Below are positions 51,180-63,745 of a stretch of DNA of 64,000 nt, one piece after another. Both the position numbers and the translations under genes were made by a program. Below the pieces are notes generated by a model. The model had not been told where the DNA came from. It did not search any database and saw nothing but the letters and a program-made list of their open reading frames with translations. Every line of letters begins with the position of its first letter. Positions within the stretch are counted from its first letter, which is position 1. The DNA is from Eledone cirrhosa (taxonomy: Eukaryota), in assembly GCA_964016885.1 (NCBI GenBank), contig OZ024740.1:5766001-5830000 (forward strand). Reading direction: 5' to 3'.

Positions 51180-52300
51180 CCTGGGGTGTTGATGGTGGCC
51201 AGTATAAGGAGTATTACAGAGGACTCCTCCTGGGGTGTTGACGGTGACCAGTATGGAGGAGTATTACAGAGGACTCCTGGGGTGTTGATGGTGAACAGTA
51301 TAAGGAGTATTACAGATGCCCTCTTCTTAATAAAACAACTACAAGAGAAGTTCTTAGTGTAAGCCATTGTATCTAGTTTCATGGACCTAGAGAAGGCCCT
51401 TGACAGAATACCTCACTGTATCATCTAGTGGTTCTTAAGGAATGTAGAGGTAGAAGAATCACTCATGAGAACTGTACAAGCTCTGTACAGACGAGATGTC
51501 AATAAAGTGAGAGTAGGAAATGAGTTTAGTGAGGAATTCAACCCACTTCTCTTTATTATAGTTCCCCAGGCCATATCAGCGGAGTTTAAGACCAGTAATC
51601 CATACGATTTTCTGTAAAATGATAATCTTTAATTCTTATAACTGAATTTGAAAGAACTAGCAAAGAAATTCTGCTACATACTTTGTAAGTATGTACAGGG
51701 ATGGTTGTCAGAGCCACAATTATATAAATGGTTTCCAATCCTAGGAAGGCTTCATAGAAGCGATTGATAGTTTCTGTTACCTAGGTAATATAATTAGCTG
51801 TGGAGGGCTCTGAGAACAGAATAGCTAGAAAAAGAACGAAATGGGAAAAGTTGAAGAAGCTACAACCTCTATTGACAAAAAGATTCTCCGAATGAATGAA
51901 AGGTAGCATGTCTGTATGTGATGTGTGGTGCTACATGGTAGTGAGACATGGGAAGTGAATGTAGAGGATGTGAGGTGCTACATGGTAGTGAGACATGGGA
52001 AGTGAATGTAGAGGATGTGAGGTGCTACATGGTAGTGAGACATGGGCAGTGAAAGTAGAGGATATGTGGTGCTACATGGTAGTGAGACATAGGAAGTGAA
52101 TGTAGAGGATGTGAGGTGCTACATGGTAGTGAGACAAGGGTAGTGAATGTAGAGGACACATGGTGCTACATTGTAGTGAGACATGGGTAGTTAATGTAGA
52201 GGATATGTGGTGCTACATGGTAGTGAGGCATGGGCAGTCAATGTAGAGGATGTGTGGCGCTACATGGTAGTGAGACAGGGGCAGGGACTGAAGATATGTG
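51180..52300 (+). mobile_element. Highly decayed RTE copy with internal tandem amplifications
   Basis: Collinear remnants TDALFLIKQLQEKFL, DLEKALDRIP, DSFCYLG, WEKLKKLQPLL, then 47-bp repeats of the LHGSETW segment. Confidence 0.78.
51921..52297 (+). repeat. 47-bp minisatellite, about 8 copies
   Basis: CTACATGGTAGTGAGACATGGG recurs at 51931, 51978, etc. Confidence 0.9.
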
Positions 52301-55300
52301 AAGGCTAGAGAGGAAAATGCTGTGAAGGCTAGGGAGGAACATGTTGTGATGGCTAGAGAGGAATATGCTGTGAAGGCTAGAGAGGAATATGCTGTGATGG
52401 CTAGAGAGGAACATGCTGCAATGGCTAGAGAAGAGCATGCTGTGATGGCTAGAGAGGAACATGCTGTGATGGCTAGAGAAGAACATGCTCTGATGGTTAG
52501 AGAGGAACATGCTGTGATGGCTAGAGAGGAACATGCTATGAAGGCTAGAGAGGAACATATTGTGATGGCTAGAGAGGAACATGTTGTGATGGCTAGAGAG
52601 GAACATGCTGTGATGGCTAGAGAGGAGCATACTGTAATGGCTAGAGAGGAACATGCTGTGATGGCTAGGGAGGAAGATGCTGTGATGGCTAGAGAGGAAC
52701 ATGTTGTGATGGCTACAGAGGAACATGCTGTGATCGCTAGAGAGGAACATGTTGTGATGGCTTGAGAGGAACATGTTGTGATGGCTAGAGAGGAGCATGT
52801 TGTGATGGCTAGAGAGGAACATGCTGTGATGGCTAGAAGGGAACATGTTGTGATGGCTAGAGAGAAACATGCTGTGATGGCTAGAGGTGAGCATGCTGTG
52901 ATGGCTACAGAGGAACATGCTGTGATGGCTAGAGAGGAACATGCTGTGATGGCTAGAGAGGAACATGTGTGATGGCTAGAGAAAAGCATGCTGTGGTGGT
53001 TAGAGAGGAACATGTTGTGATGGCTAGAGAGGAGCATGCTGTGATGGCTAGAGAGGAATATGCTGTGATGGCTAGAGAGGAACATGCTGTGATGGCTAGA
53101 GAGGAGCATGCTGTGATGGTTAGAGAGGAACATGTGTGATGGCTAGAGAGGAACATGCTGTGATGGCTAGAGAGGAACATGCTGTGATGGCTAGAGAGGA
53201 GCATACTGCGATTGCTGGAGAGGAACATGCTGTGATGGCTAGAGAGGAACATGCTGTGATGGCTAGAGAGGAACATTCTGTGATGGCTAGAGAGGAACAT
53301 GCTGTGATGGCTAGAGTGGAACATTCTGTGATGGCTAGAGAGGAAAATGCTGTGAAATCTAGGGAGGAATATGCTGTGATGGCTAGAGAGGAACATGCTG
53401 TGATGGCTAGAGAGGAAGATGCTGTGATGGCTAGAGAGGAGCATGCTGTGATGGCTAGAGAGGAACATGCTGTGATGGCTAGAGAGGAACATGCTGTGAT
53501 GGCTAGAGAGGAACATGCTGTGATGGCTAGAGAAGAACATGCTATGATGGCTAGAGAGTAAAATGCTGTGATGACTACAGAGGAACATGATCTGATGGCT
53601 ACAGCGGAACATGCTGTGATGGCTAGAGAAGAACATACTATGATGGCTAGAGAGGAAAATGCTGTGATGGCTACAGAGGAACATGATGTAATGGCTAGGG
53701 AGGAAGATGCTGTGATGGCTAGAGAGGAACATGCTGTGATGGCTAGAGAGGAACATGCTGTGATGGCTAGAGAAAAGCATGCTGTGATGGTTAGAGAGGA
53801 ACATGTTGTGATGGCTAGAGAGAAGCATGCTGTGATGGCTAGAGAGGAATATGCTGTGATGGCTAGAGAGGAACATGCTGTGATAGCTAGAGAGGAGCAT
53901 GCTGTGATGGTTAGAGAGGAACATGTGTGATGGCTAGAGAGGAACATGCTGTGATGGCTAGAGAGGAACATGCTGTGATGGCTAGAGAGGAGCATACTGT
54001 GATTGCTGGAGAGGAACATGCTGTGATGGCTAGAGAGGAACATGCTGTGATGGCTAGAGAGGAACATGCTGTGATGGCTAGAGAGGAACATGCTGTGATG
54101 GCTACAGAGGAACATGCTGTGATGGCTAGGGAGGAAGATGCTGTGATGGCTAGAGAGGAACATGCTGTGATGGCTAGAGAGGAACATGCTGTGATGGCTA
54201 GAGAGGAACATGTTGTGATGGCTCGAGAGGAACATGCTGTGATGGCTAGATAAGAACATGCTGTGATGGTTAAAGAGGAAAATGCTGTGATGGCTACAGA
54301 GGAACATGATGTGATGGCTAGGGAGGAAGATGCTGTGATGGCTAGAGAGGAACATGCTGTGATGACAAGAGAGGAACATGCTGTGATGGCTAGAGAGGAA
54401 CATGCTGTGATGGCTAGAGTGGAACATGCTGTGATACCTAGAGAAGAACATGCTGCGATGGCTAGAAAGGAAAATGCTGTGATGGCTACAGAGGAACATG
54501 ATGTGATGGCTAGGGAGGAAGATGCTGTGATGGCTAGAGAGGAACATGCTGTGATGGCTAGAGAGGAACATGCTGTGATGGCTAGAGAGGAACATGCTGT
54601 GATGGCTAGATAAGAACATGCTGTGATGGCTAGAGAGGAAAATGGTGTGATGGCTACAGAGGAACATGATGTGATGGCTAGGGAGGAAGATACTGTGATG
54701 GCTAGAGAGGAACATGCTGTGATGGCTAGAGAAGAACATGTTATGATGGCTAGAGAGGAACATGCTATTTTGGCTAGAGGTGAGCAAGATATGATGGCTA
54801 GAGAGGAACATGCTGTGATGGCTAGAGAGTAACATGCTGTGATTGCTAGAGAGAAATGGAGCATGCTGTGATGGCTAGAGAGGAACATGCTGTGATGGCA
54901 AGAGAGGAACATGCTGTGATGGCTCGAGAGGAGCATTCTGTGATGGCTAGAGAGGAGCATTCTGTGATGGCTAGAGAGGAGCATGCTGTGATGGCTACAG
55001 AGGAAGATGCTCTGAAGGCTAGAGAGGATCATGATGTGATTGCTAGAGAGGAACATGCTGTGATGGCTAGAGAAGAACATGCTGTGATGGCTAGAGAGGA
55101 GCATACTGTGATGGCTAGAGAAGAACATGCTATGATGGCTAGAGAGGAAAATGCTGTGATGGCTACAGAGGAACATGATGTGATGGCTAGAGAGGAACAT
55201 GATGTGATGGCTAGGGAGAAGCATGCTGTGATGGCTAGAGAGGAGCATTCTGTGATGGCTAGAGAGGAATATGCTGTAATGTCAAGAGAGGAACATGCTG

Positions 55301-58300
55301 TGATGGCTAGAGAGGAGCATTCTGCGATGGCTAGAGAGGAGCATTCTGTGATGGCTAGAGAGGAGCATGCTGTGATGGCTACAGAGGAAGATGCTCTGAA
55401 GGCTAGAGAGGATCATGATGTGATGGCTAGAGAGGAACATGCTGTGATAGCTAGAGAAGAACATGATGTGATGGCTAGAGAGGAGCATGCTGTGGTGGCT
55501 AGAGAGGAGCATGCTGTGATGGTTAGAGAGGAACATGTGTGATGGCTAGAGAGGAGCATGCTTTGATGGCTAGAGAGGAACATGCTGTGATGGCTAGAGA
55601 GGAACATGTTGTGATGGCTAGAGAGGATCATGTTGTGATGGCTAGATGTGAGCATGCTGTGATGGCTAGAGAGGAACATGATGTGACGGCTAGAGAGGAA
55701 CATGCTGTGATGGTTAGACAGGAACATGATGTGATGGCTAGGGAGGAAGATGCTGTGATGGCTAGAGAGGAACATGCTGTGATGGCTAGAGGGGAACATG
55801 CTGTGATGGCTAGAGAGGAACATGCTGTGATGGCTAGGGAGAAGCATGCTGTGATGGCTAGAGAGGAGCATTCTGTGATGGCTAGAGAGGAATATGCTGT
55901 GATGGCAAGAGAGGAACATGCTGTGATGGCTAGAGAGTAGCATTCTGCGATGGCTAGAGAGAAGCATGCTGTGATGGCTACAGAGGAAGATGCTCTGAAG
56001 GCTATAGAGGATCATGATGTGATGGCTAGAGAGGAACATGCTGTGATAGCTAGAGAAGAACATGCTGTGATGGCTAGAGAGGGGCATGCTGTGGTGGCTA
56101 GAGAGGAGCATGCTGTGATGGTTAGAGAGGAACATGTGTGATGGCTAGAGAGGAGCATGCTTTGATGGCTAGAGAGGAATATGCTGTGATGGCTAGAGAG
56201 GAACATGTTGTGATGGCTAGAGAGGATCATGTTGTGATGGCTAGATGTGAGCATGCTGTGATGGCTAGAGAGGAACGTGATGTGACGGCTAGAGAGGAAC
56301 ATGCTGTGATGGTTAGAGAGGAGCATGCTGTGATGGTTAGAGAGGAGCATGCTGTAATTGCTAGAGAGGCACATACTGTGATGGCTAAAGAATAGGATGT
56401 TGTGATGCCTAGAGAGTAACATGCTGTGATGGCTAGATAGGAACATACTGTGATGGCAAGAGAGGAACATGTTGTGATGGCTAGAGAGGAAGATGCTGTG
56501 ATGGCTGGAGAGGAACATGCTGTGATGGCTAGAGTGGAACATGCTGTGATGTCTAGAGAGGAACATGTTGTGATGGCTACAGAGGAACATGATGTGATGG
56601 CTCGAAAGGAACATGCTGTGATGGCTAGATAAGAACATGCTGTGATGGTTAAAGAGGAAAATGCTGTGATGGCTAGAGAGGAACATGATGTGATGGCTAG
56701 GGAGGAAGATGCTGTGATGGCTAGAGAGGAACATGCTGTGATGACAAGAGAGGAACATGCTGTGATACCGAGAGAAGAACATGCTGCGATGGCTAGAAAG
56801 GAAAATGCTGTGATGGCTACAGAGGAATATGATGTGATGGCTAGGGAGGAAGATGCTGTGATGGCTAGAGAGGAACATGCTGTGATGGCTAGAGAGGAAC
56901 ATGATGTGATGGCTAAAGAGGAACATGCTGTGATGGCTAGATAAGAACATGCTGTGATGGCTAGAGAGGAAAATGCTGTGATGGCTACAGAGGAACATGA
57001 TGTGATGGCTAGGGAGGAAGATGCTGTGATGGCTAGAGAGGAACATGCTGTGATGGCTAGAGGGGAACATGCTGTGATGGCAAGAGAGGAACATGCTGTG
57101 ATGGCTAGAGAGGAACATGCTGTGATGGCTAGAGAGGAACATGCTGTGATGGCTAGAGAGGAACATGCTGTGATGGCTAGAGTGGAACATGCTGTGATGG
57201 CTAGAGAGGAACATGCTGTGATGCCTAGAGAAGAACATGCTGCGATGGCTAGAAAGGAAAATGCTGTGATGGCTACAGAGGAAAATGATGTGATGGCTAG
57301 GAAGGAAGATGCTGTGATGTCTAGAGAGGAACATGATGTGATGGTTAGGGAGGAGCATGCTGTGATGGCTAGAGAGGAACATGCTATTTTGGCTAGAGGT
57401 GAGCAAGCTATGATGGCTAGAGAGGAACATGCTGTGATGGCTAGAGAGTAACATGCTGTGATTGCTAGAGAGAAATGGAGCATGCTGTGATGGCTAGAGA
57501 GGAGCATTCTGTGATGGCTAGAGAGGAGCATTCTGTGATGGCTAGAGAGGAGCATGCTGTGATGCCTACAGAGGAAGATGCTCTGAAGGCTAGAGAGGAT
57601 CATGATGTGATGGCTAGAGAGGAAAATGCTGTGATGGCTAGAGAAGAACATGCTGTGATGGCTAGAGAATGAGCATGCTGTGATGGCTAGAGAAGAATAT
57701 GCTATGATGGCTAGAGAGGAAAATGCTGTGATGGCTACAGAGGAACATGATGTGATGGCTAGAGAGGAACATGATGTGATGGCTAGAGAAGAATATGCTG
57801 TGATGGCTACAGAGGAACATGCTGTGATGGCTAGAGAGGAGCATTCTGCGATGGCTAGAGAGGAGCATTCTGTGATGGCTACAGAGGAACATGCTGTGAA
57901 GGCTAGAGAGGAACATGCTGTGATGGTTAGAGAGGAGCATGCTGTGATGGTTAGAGAGGAGCATGCTGTGATTGCTAGAGAGGCACATACTGTGATGGCT
58001 AAAGAATAACATGTTGTGATGCCTAGAGAGTAACATGCTGTGATGGCTAGATAGGAACATACTGTGATGGCAAGAGAGGAACATGTAGTGATGGCTAGAG
58101 AGGAAGATGCTGTGATGGCTGGAGAGGAACATGCTGTGATGGCTAGAGTGGAACATGCTGTGATGTCTAGAGAGGAACATGTTGTGATGGCTAGAGAAGA
58201 ACATGCTCTAATGGCTAGAGAGGAAAATGCTGTGATGGCTACAGAGTAACATGATGTGATGGCTAGGGAGGAAGATGATGTGATGGCTAGAGAGGAACAT

Positions 58301-59526
58301 GCTGTGATGGCTAGAGAGGAACATGCTGTGATGGCTAGAGAGGAACATGTTGTGATGGCTAGATAAGAACATGCTGTGATGGTTAAAGAGGAAAATGCTG
58401 TGATGGCTAGAGAGGAACATGATGTGATGGCTAGGGAGGAAGATGCTGTGATGGCTAGAGAGGAACATGCTGTGATGACAAGAGAGGAACATGCTGTGAT
58501 GGCTAGAGAGGAACATGTTGTGATGGCTAGAGCGGAACATGTTGTGATGGTTAGAGATGAGCATGTTGTGATGGCTAGAGAGGAACATGTTGTGATGGCT
58601 AGAGAGGAGCATGCTGTGATGGCTAGAGAGGAGCACGTTTTGATGGCTAGTGAGGAACATGTTGTGATGGTTAGAGAGGAACATGTTGTGATGGCTAGAG
58701 ATGAGCATGTTGTGATGGCTAGAGAGGAACATGTTGTGATGGCTACAGAGGAACATGCTGTGATGGCTAGAGGTGAGCATGCTGTGATGGCTTGAGAGGA
58801 GCATGTTTTGATGGCTAGTGAGGAACATGTTGTGATGGCTAGAGAGGAACATGTTGTGATGGCTAGAGATGAGCATGTTGTGATGGCTAGAGAGGAACAT
58901 GCTGTGATGGCTAGAGAGGAACATGCTTTGATGGCTAGAGAGGAACATGTTGTGATGGCTACAGAGGAACATGTTGTGATGGCTAGAGAGGAACATGTTG
59001 TGTTGGCTAGAGAGGAACATGCTGTGATGGCTGGAGAGGAACATGCTGTGATGGCTAGAGAGGAACATGTTGCGATGGCTAGAGAGGAACATGTTGTGAT
59101 GGCTAGAGAGGAACATGTTGTGATGGCTAGAGAGGAATATGCTGTTATGGCTAGAGAGGAACATGTTGTGATGGCTAGAGAGGAACATGCTGTGATGGCT
59201 GGAGAGTAACATGTTGTGATGGCTAGAGAGGAACATGCTGTTATGGCTAGAGAGGAACATGTTGTGATGGCTAGAGAGGAACATGCTGTGATGGCTGGAG
59301 AGGAACATGTTGTGATGGCTAGAGAGGAACATGTTGTGATGGCTAGAGAGGAACATGTTGTGATGGCTAGAGAGGAACATGTTGTGATGCCTAGCGAGGA
59401 ACATGTTGTGATGGCTAGACAGGAACATGCTGTGATGGCTAGAGAGGAACATGTTGTGATGGCTAGAGAGGAACATGTTGTGATGGCTAGAGAGGAACAT
59501 GTTGTGATGGCTAGAGAGGAACATGT
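52298..59526 (+). repeat. 24-bp satellite (ATGGCTAGAGAGGAACATGCTGTG)n, about 300 units, with higher-order blocks
   Basis: Directly visible; accounts for all the MAREEHAV / SSHHSMFL / CSSLAITA ORFs. Confidence 0.97.
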
Positions 59527-59579
59527 GTTGGACTTACTTGATGCTGTTGAATGTCTTGGAGAATCTCTTTGGTTCATAA

Positions 59580-59735
59580 TTGTTTCTACTTTTTGGCACA
59601 AGGCCAGCAAATATCCAGTACATTACTGGTACTTTAATTTATCGACCCCGTAAGGATGAAAGGCAACGTCAACCTCAGCGGGATTTGAACTCAGCTGGTT
59701 AAGGGACGTAACTATGCTGTAAAGTATGGTATCTG
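59580..59735 (-). mobile_element. tRNA-derived SINE fragment
   Basis: ACTGGTACTTTAATTTATCGACCCCGTAAGGATGAAAGG...GGATTTGAACTCAG (B box on the minus strand); homologous to 26745-26973. Confidence 0.65.
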
Positions 59736-59752
59736 AAAGTATGGTATCTATA

Positions 59753-60665
59753 TTAAAGAATTGGACAAGAAATAACAAATTTTACAATAATATTAGTGGC
59801 AAAATTTTTTTATTCGTTTCCTGTGCTATGCCCCAGTATCTTCTTGATTAGTGCATAATAATTGTCATGCTCTCAATAATTGTCATGCTCCAAGAATTGG
59901 ACAAGAAATAAAAAAAATTACAATAATATTAGTGGCAACATTTTTATTGGTAAAAAATCGAGTTCCACATTCATAGGCTCTGGGTTCCACATTCAGAGGT
60001 CGTCGTCAGACCGGGGATCATTTGATCCTGGTTTGAACACCAATTGGGCCATAACCATACCCCTATTTCATCATTCGGCGACACGCCTCATGTGTCATGC
60101 ATAATGTGAATGGACCCATGGGCCAATGAGCACAGATCTTGAGCAGCAGCGGATGGTCTTGTCGTCCCGCTCATCCTTGATCTTGACCAACCCGTCCATC
60201 TTCTCCTTGCATCTTGTCCTTGAGTTCAAGTCCGGCAGTTCAGATGAATGCGTGCCACAGCTTTCTGGTACAGGAAGAGGGAGCAGGAGGACTGGAGGGA
60301 TGACGGGACAGAGGGAGGGAGGACCGGTGGTTGAGGGAGGTGCTGTAGTCGGTGGTCAGAGTCGACATCTTGTCCCGGTCGTCTTCTCCATCTTCGTCTG
60401 GTGTTGCGGGACCAGAAGTGCATTCTTGGAGGAGACCTGCAGCTGCATCGGTCAATTCTTCTTGCACTGGTCATTCTGACGGAGCAGAACTGCTCAGCCA
60501 ACCAACCCCAACCAGAACCAACCGCTCAGGGGCAACGCACAATGAGAGCATGACAATTATTATGCACTAATCAAGAAGATACTGGGGCATAGCACAGGAA
60601 ACGAATAAAAAAATTTTGCCACTAATATTATTGTAAAATTTGTTATTTCTTGTCCAATTCTTTAA
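59753..60665. repeat. ~125-bp near-perfect inverted repeat enclosing a GC-richer ~600-bp core
   Basis: 59753-59876 is the reverse complement of 60542-60665. Confidence 0.85.
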
Positions 60666-61271
60666 AGTTTTATCTTAGTTTCTTGTCCTATTCTTTTAAA
60701 GTTTTATTTTAGTTTCTTGTCCTGTATTTTTAAAGGTTTATATTCCAACAATATTACTTTTTTTTGCTGTACGCATTTTTCTATCTGGTCTACTATTTTT
60801 TAAGGCAATGCAAGCAACAACTATCTAATAATTAAAAGATCATAGTGAATTACTGACAAGTGATTGACATTTTAAAGTTCTTTTGAGTATAATTGCAATC
60901 TAGTTGAGGCAACTGGCTTAATGACAAAGCTAGTAAATCATGAATGCATTTGAGATGATTAGTGCATAATATTGAATTGGTGAAACTTGTGCATTTCAAT
61001 GGTGTTACGGATAAAAACTGATACTGCTGTCTACGACCTTTATATAGGATTGTCATGTTTCTCTGTATCTGCAATGTGGGTATACAAAATAAGAATTATA
61101 TTAACTTTTATTTAAAATCCCCAAAAATGCTGTGCATGAAAACTTCAAAAAGTAATTCTATTTCTATTGATGACCTCTTAGTTGCTCATACTAATTTTGT
61201 AAAAGATTTCAAGCTAATAATCAGAATGATCTGGTATAATTTTTATGCAGATAAATGACTAATTAGTATAA

Positions 61272-61337
61272 GGGGCCATCCAGATATCATGTGGACACCG
61301 CGAACCAAAAATGGTCACATGATATCTGGATGGCTCC
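61272..61337. mobile_element. 66-bp PIF/Harbinger-type MITE
   Basis: 22-bp TIRs GGGGCCATCCAGATATCATGTG / CACATGATATCTGGATGGCTCC, flanked by a TAA duplication (61269-61271, 61338-61340). Confidence 0.72.
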
Positions 61338-61705
61338 TAAGCATCCCCTCCACATGGCGGGGACATGGGTCATCATCGTGGAGCACTCACCTATTTTTAA
61401 AATATTAGACTATGATAAATGAATTTAGTTAAAAATACAATTTGAAATATATTAGATTACCTCCCCTTGTAATTACCTCCCCTAGCGTCACGCTTACTAC
61501 TCACTCACTTGAACACAAGATTTATCAGCAAACTTTGATTATGCGTAATGATCTACTGTTCATGCTCATATAAGTTTTATCTCAGTTAAATAAAGTAGAG
61601 CCGCGCTGTACTGTCGTAAACAGACGATTGCCAACGAAAACACGACCACAACAATATTACTAAACGGCCTACCGTCCGTTTAGGATGTATGTATATATAT
61701 ATATG

Positions 61706-61824
<119 letters not shown>

Positions 61825-61853
61825 ACATACATACATATATATCTACATATATC

Positions 61854-61908
<55 letters not shown>

Positions 61909-62239
61909 GAAAGGTATAGAAAACACTGCAGCGAAAGATATATATATATCTACAAAGGAACGCTGTACTAGTTTCAAGCTTATACGTCAATATATATGTG
62001 TGCATGTATGTACATATATATACATACTACTGTACGTCTGTATACATATATGTATGTACGTGTACATACTTATATTTAAGTAACAGCCGTACTAAGAGTG
62101 GGAAATAAAATTTCGTTTCATTTTTTCCGTTTATCGTTTTCGGTGCACCCGGCCGATTAACCCACTCGATATGCAAATTGGGCTACTCAGCCGTTAATAT
62201 GCATAAGGTAAGTATATACATTCAACAATCTGGCAGGAA

Positions 62240-62290
62240 GGAATACGCTGCTGACGATAGCTAATAAGCTTGAAACTAGTACAGTGTTCC
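62240..62290 (+). ncRNA. Minimal type I hammerhead
   Basis: ACGCTG-CTGACGA-TAGCT AATA AGCTT-GAAAC TA GTA-CAGTGT. Palindromic ACTAGT. An inverted partial copy lies at about 61953-61982. Confidence 0.75.
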
Positions 62291-62551
62291 TTTTGCAGTG
62301 TTGAACAAACGAGCAGCGATGGTTGCTAGACACTACGGCTTAATACGGGATGTTTATTTACAAACACACCGAACATTATAATAAATGTTCGGTGAATCCA
62401 TACGTACATATATATATGTGTGCATGTATGTATATATATATACATACTAGTGTACGTCTGTATACATATATGTATGTACGTGTACATACTTATATATATA
62501 TATATATCTACATATATATATCTACATATACATATTTACATCTACATATAT

Positions 62552-63460
62552 ATCATCATCATCATCATCATTACCGTTTTACGTCCGTTCTTCCACGCTA
62601 GCATGGGTTAGACGGGTTGTCCTGTTGTGGGCAGTGTCTGGTCGGCTGACCATGCCTTGCTCATGCAGGAACTGATTTGGTTTGATTTCTGCAGCTGGAT
62701 GCCCTTCCTAACACCAACCTCATTTACAGTGAGTGCTGGGTGCTTTTTCGTGCCGCCTACAAGTCCACTTTACAGTGTGGGCTGGGTGCTTTTTTTGCCA
62801 TGGCACCTCCACGACCACCTTGCAGTGGGGGGGTGTGGGGGCATATTGTCTATATGCCTCAGCTTGTACCCATGGGAGGTAGGGTACTCTGTATTACTGC
62901 GTGACGCCAAAGGTCACGGTCGTGTGTCATCGCCTTGGAGAGGTGTAATTGGGTAAGGTCGACTTTTATCACCTCATCCCAGGTCATCTTGGGTCTGCCC
63001 ACTCCGCGGTTTCCATCGACTTCTAGTGTTCTGCACCTTTTTATGCAGCTGTCATCCTTCATACACATCACATGTCCATACCAACACAACCGCCTCTCCT
63101 GCACACAGCATTTGATTCCTCTTATGCCCAGTCTCTCTCTCAATTCATTTATGCTTTGTCGGTCGCGTATATTACTGTTACACATCCATCGGAGCATGCA
63201 GGCTTCGTTTCTCTCTAATCTACGTAAGTCTTCCACTTTCAGTGCCTAGGTCTCACTACCATGCAACATTGCTGTTCGGATACACGCATCATACAGTCTG
63301 CCTTTCATTCTGAGGGAGAAGCCTTTTGCAGCTAGCAGTGGCAGTAGTTCCCTGAACTTCTTCCATCCCGTTCTTACCCTAGTTATTGTACTTTGTGAAC
63401 ACCCACCTCCGCTGCTAATTTGGTCACCTAGGTAGCAGAAGTTGTCTACTGTTTCTACAG
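62552..63460 (-). mobile_element. RTE LINE 3' fragment
   Basis: (CAT)n tail at 62552-62572, 3' UTR, and ORF 62859-63236 LERNEACMLRW...RLCWYGHV. Confidence 0.92.
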
Positions 63461-63660
63461 TTTCTACATATGTACATATATATATATATCTACATATATA
63501 TATCTACATATATATATCTACATACATATATCTACCTATATATATCTACATATATATATCTAGATATATATATCTACATATATATATCTACATATATATA
63601 TTTACATATATGTCGATATATATCTGTAGATATATATATGTATATATATATATGTATATA

Positions 63661-63742
<82 letters not shown>

Positions 63743-63745
<3 letters not shown>

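Noticed and set aside
52298-59526. CRISPR-like array
   Set aside because: The repeats are contiguous with no unique spacers, there are no cas genes, and the context is eukaryotic.
52213-59653. Very long ORFs (up to 1127 aa) with SSHHSMFL / CSSLAITA / MAREEHAV repeats
   Set aside because: They result from a stop-poor 24-bp unit, are open on both strands and shift frame at indels; this is not evidence of a protein.
59970-60012. CTGACGA on the minus strand as a hammerhead core
   Set aside because: No downstream GAAA/NUH with closing stems.
60850-61095. Possible terminal host exon on the minus strand (pyrimidine tract + TTGCAG near 61070)
   Set aside because: Only a splice-acceptor-like motif, with no recognisable protein similarity or partner exon.
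61659-61685. Hairpin CTAAACGG...CCGTTTAG as a Helitron 3' end
   Set aside because: No CTRR terminus at the expected distance and no other Helitron evidence.
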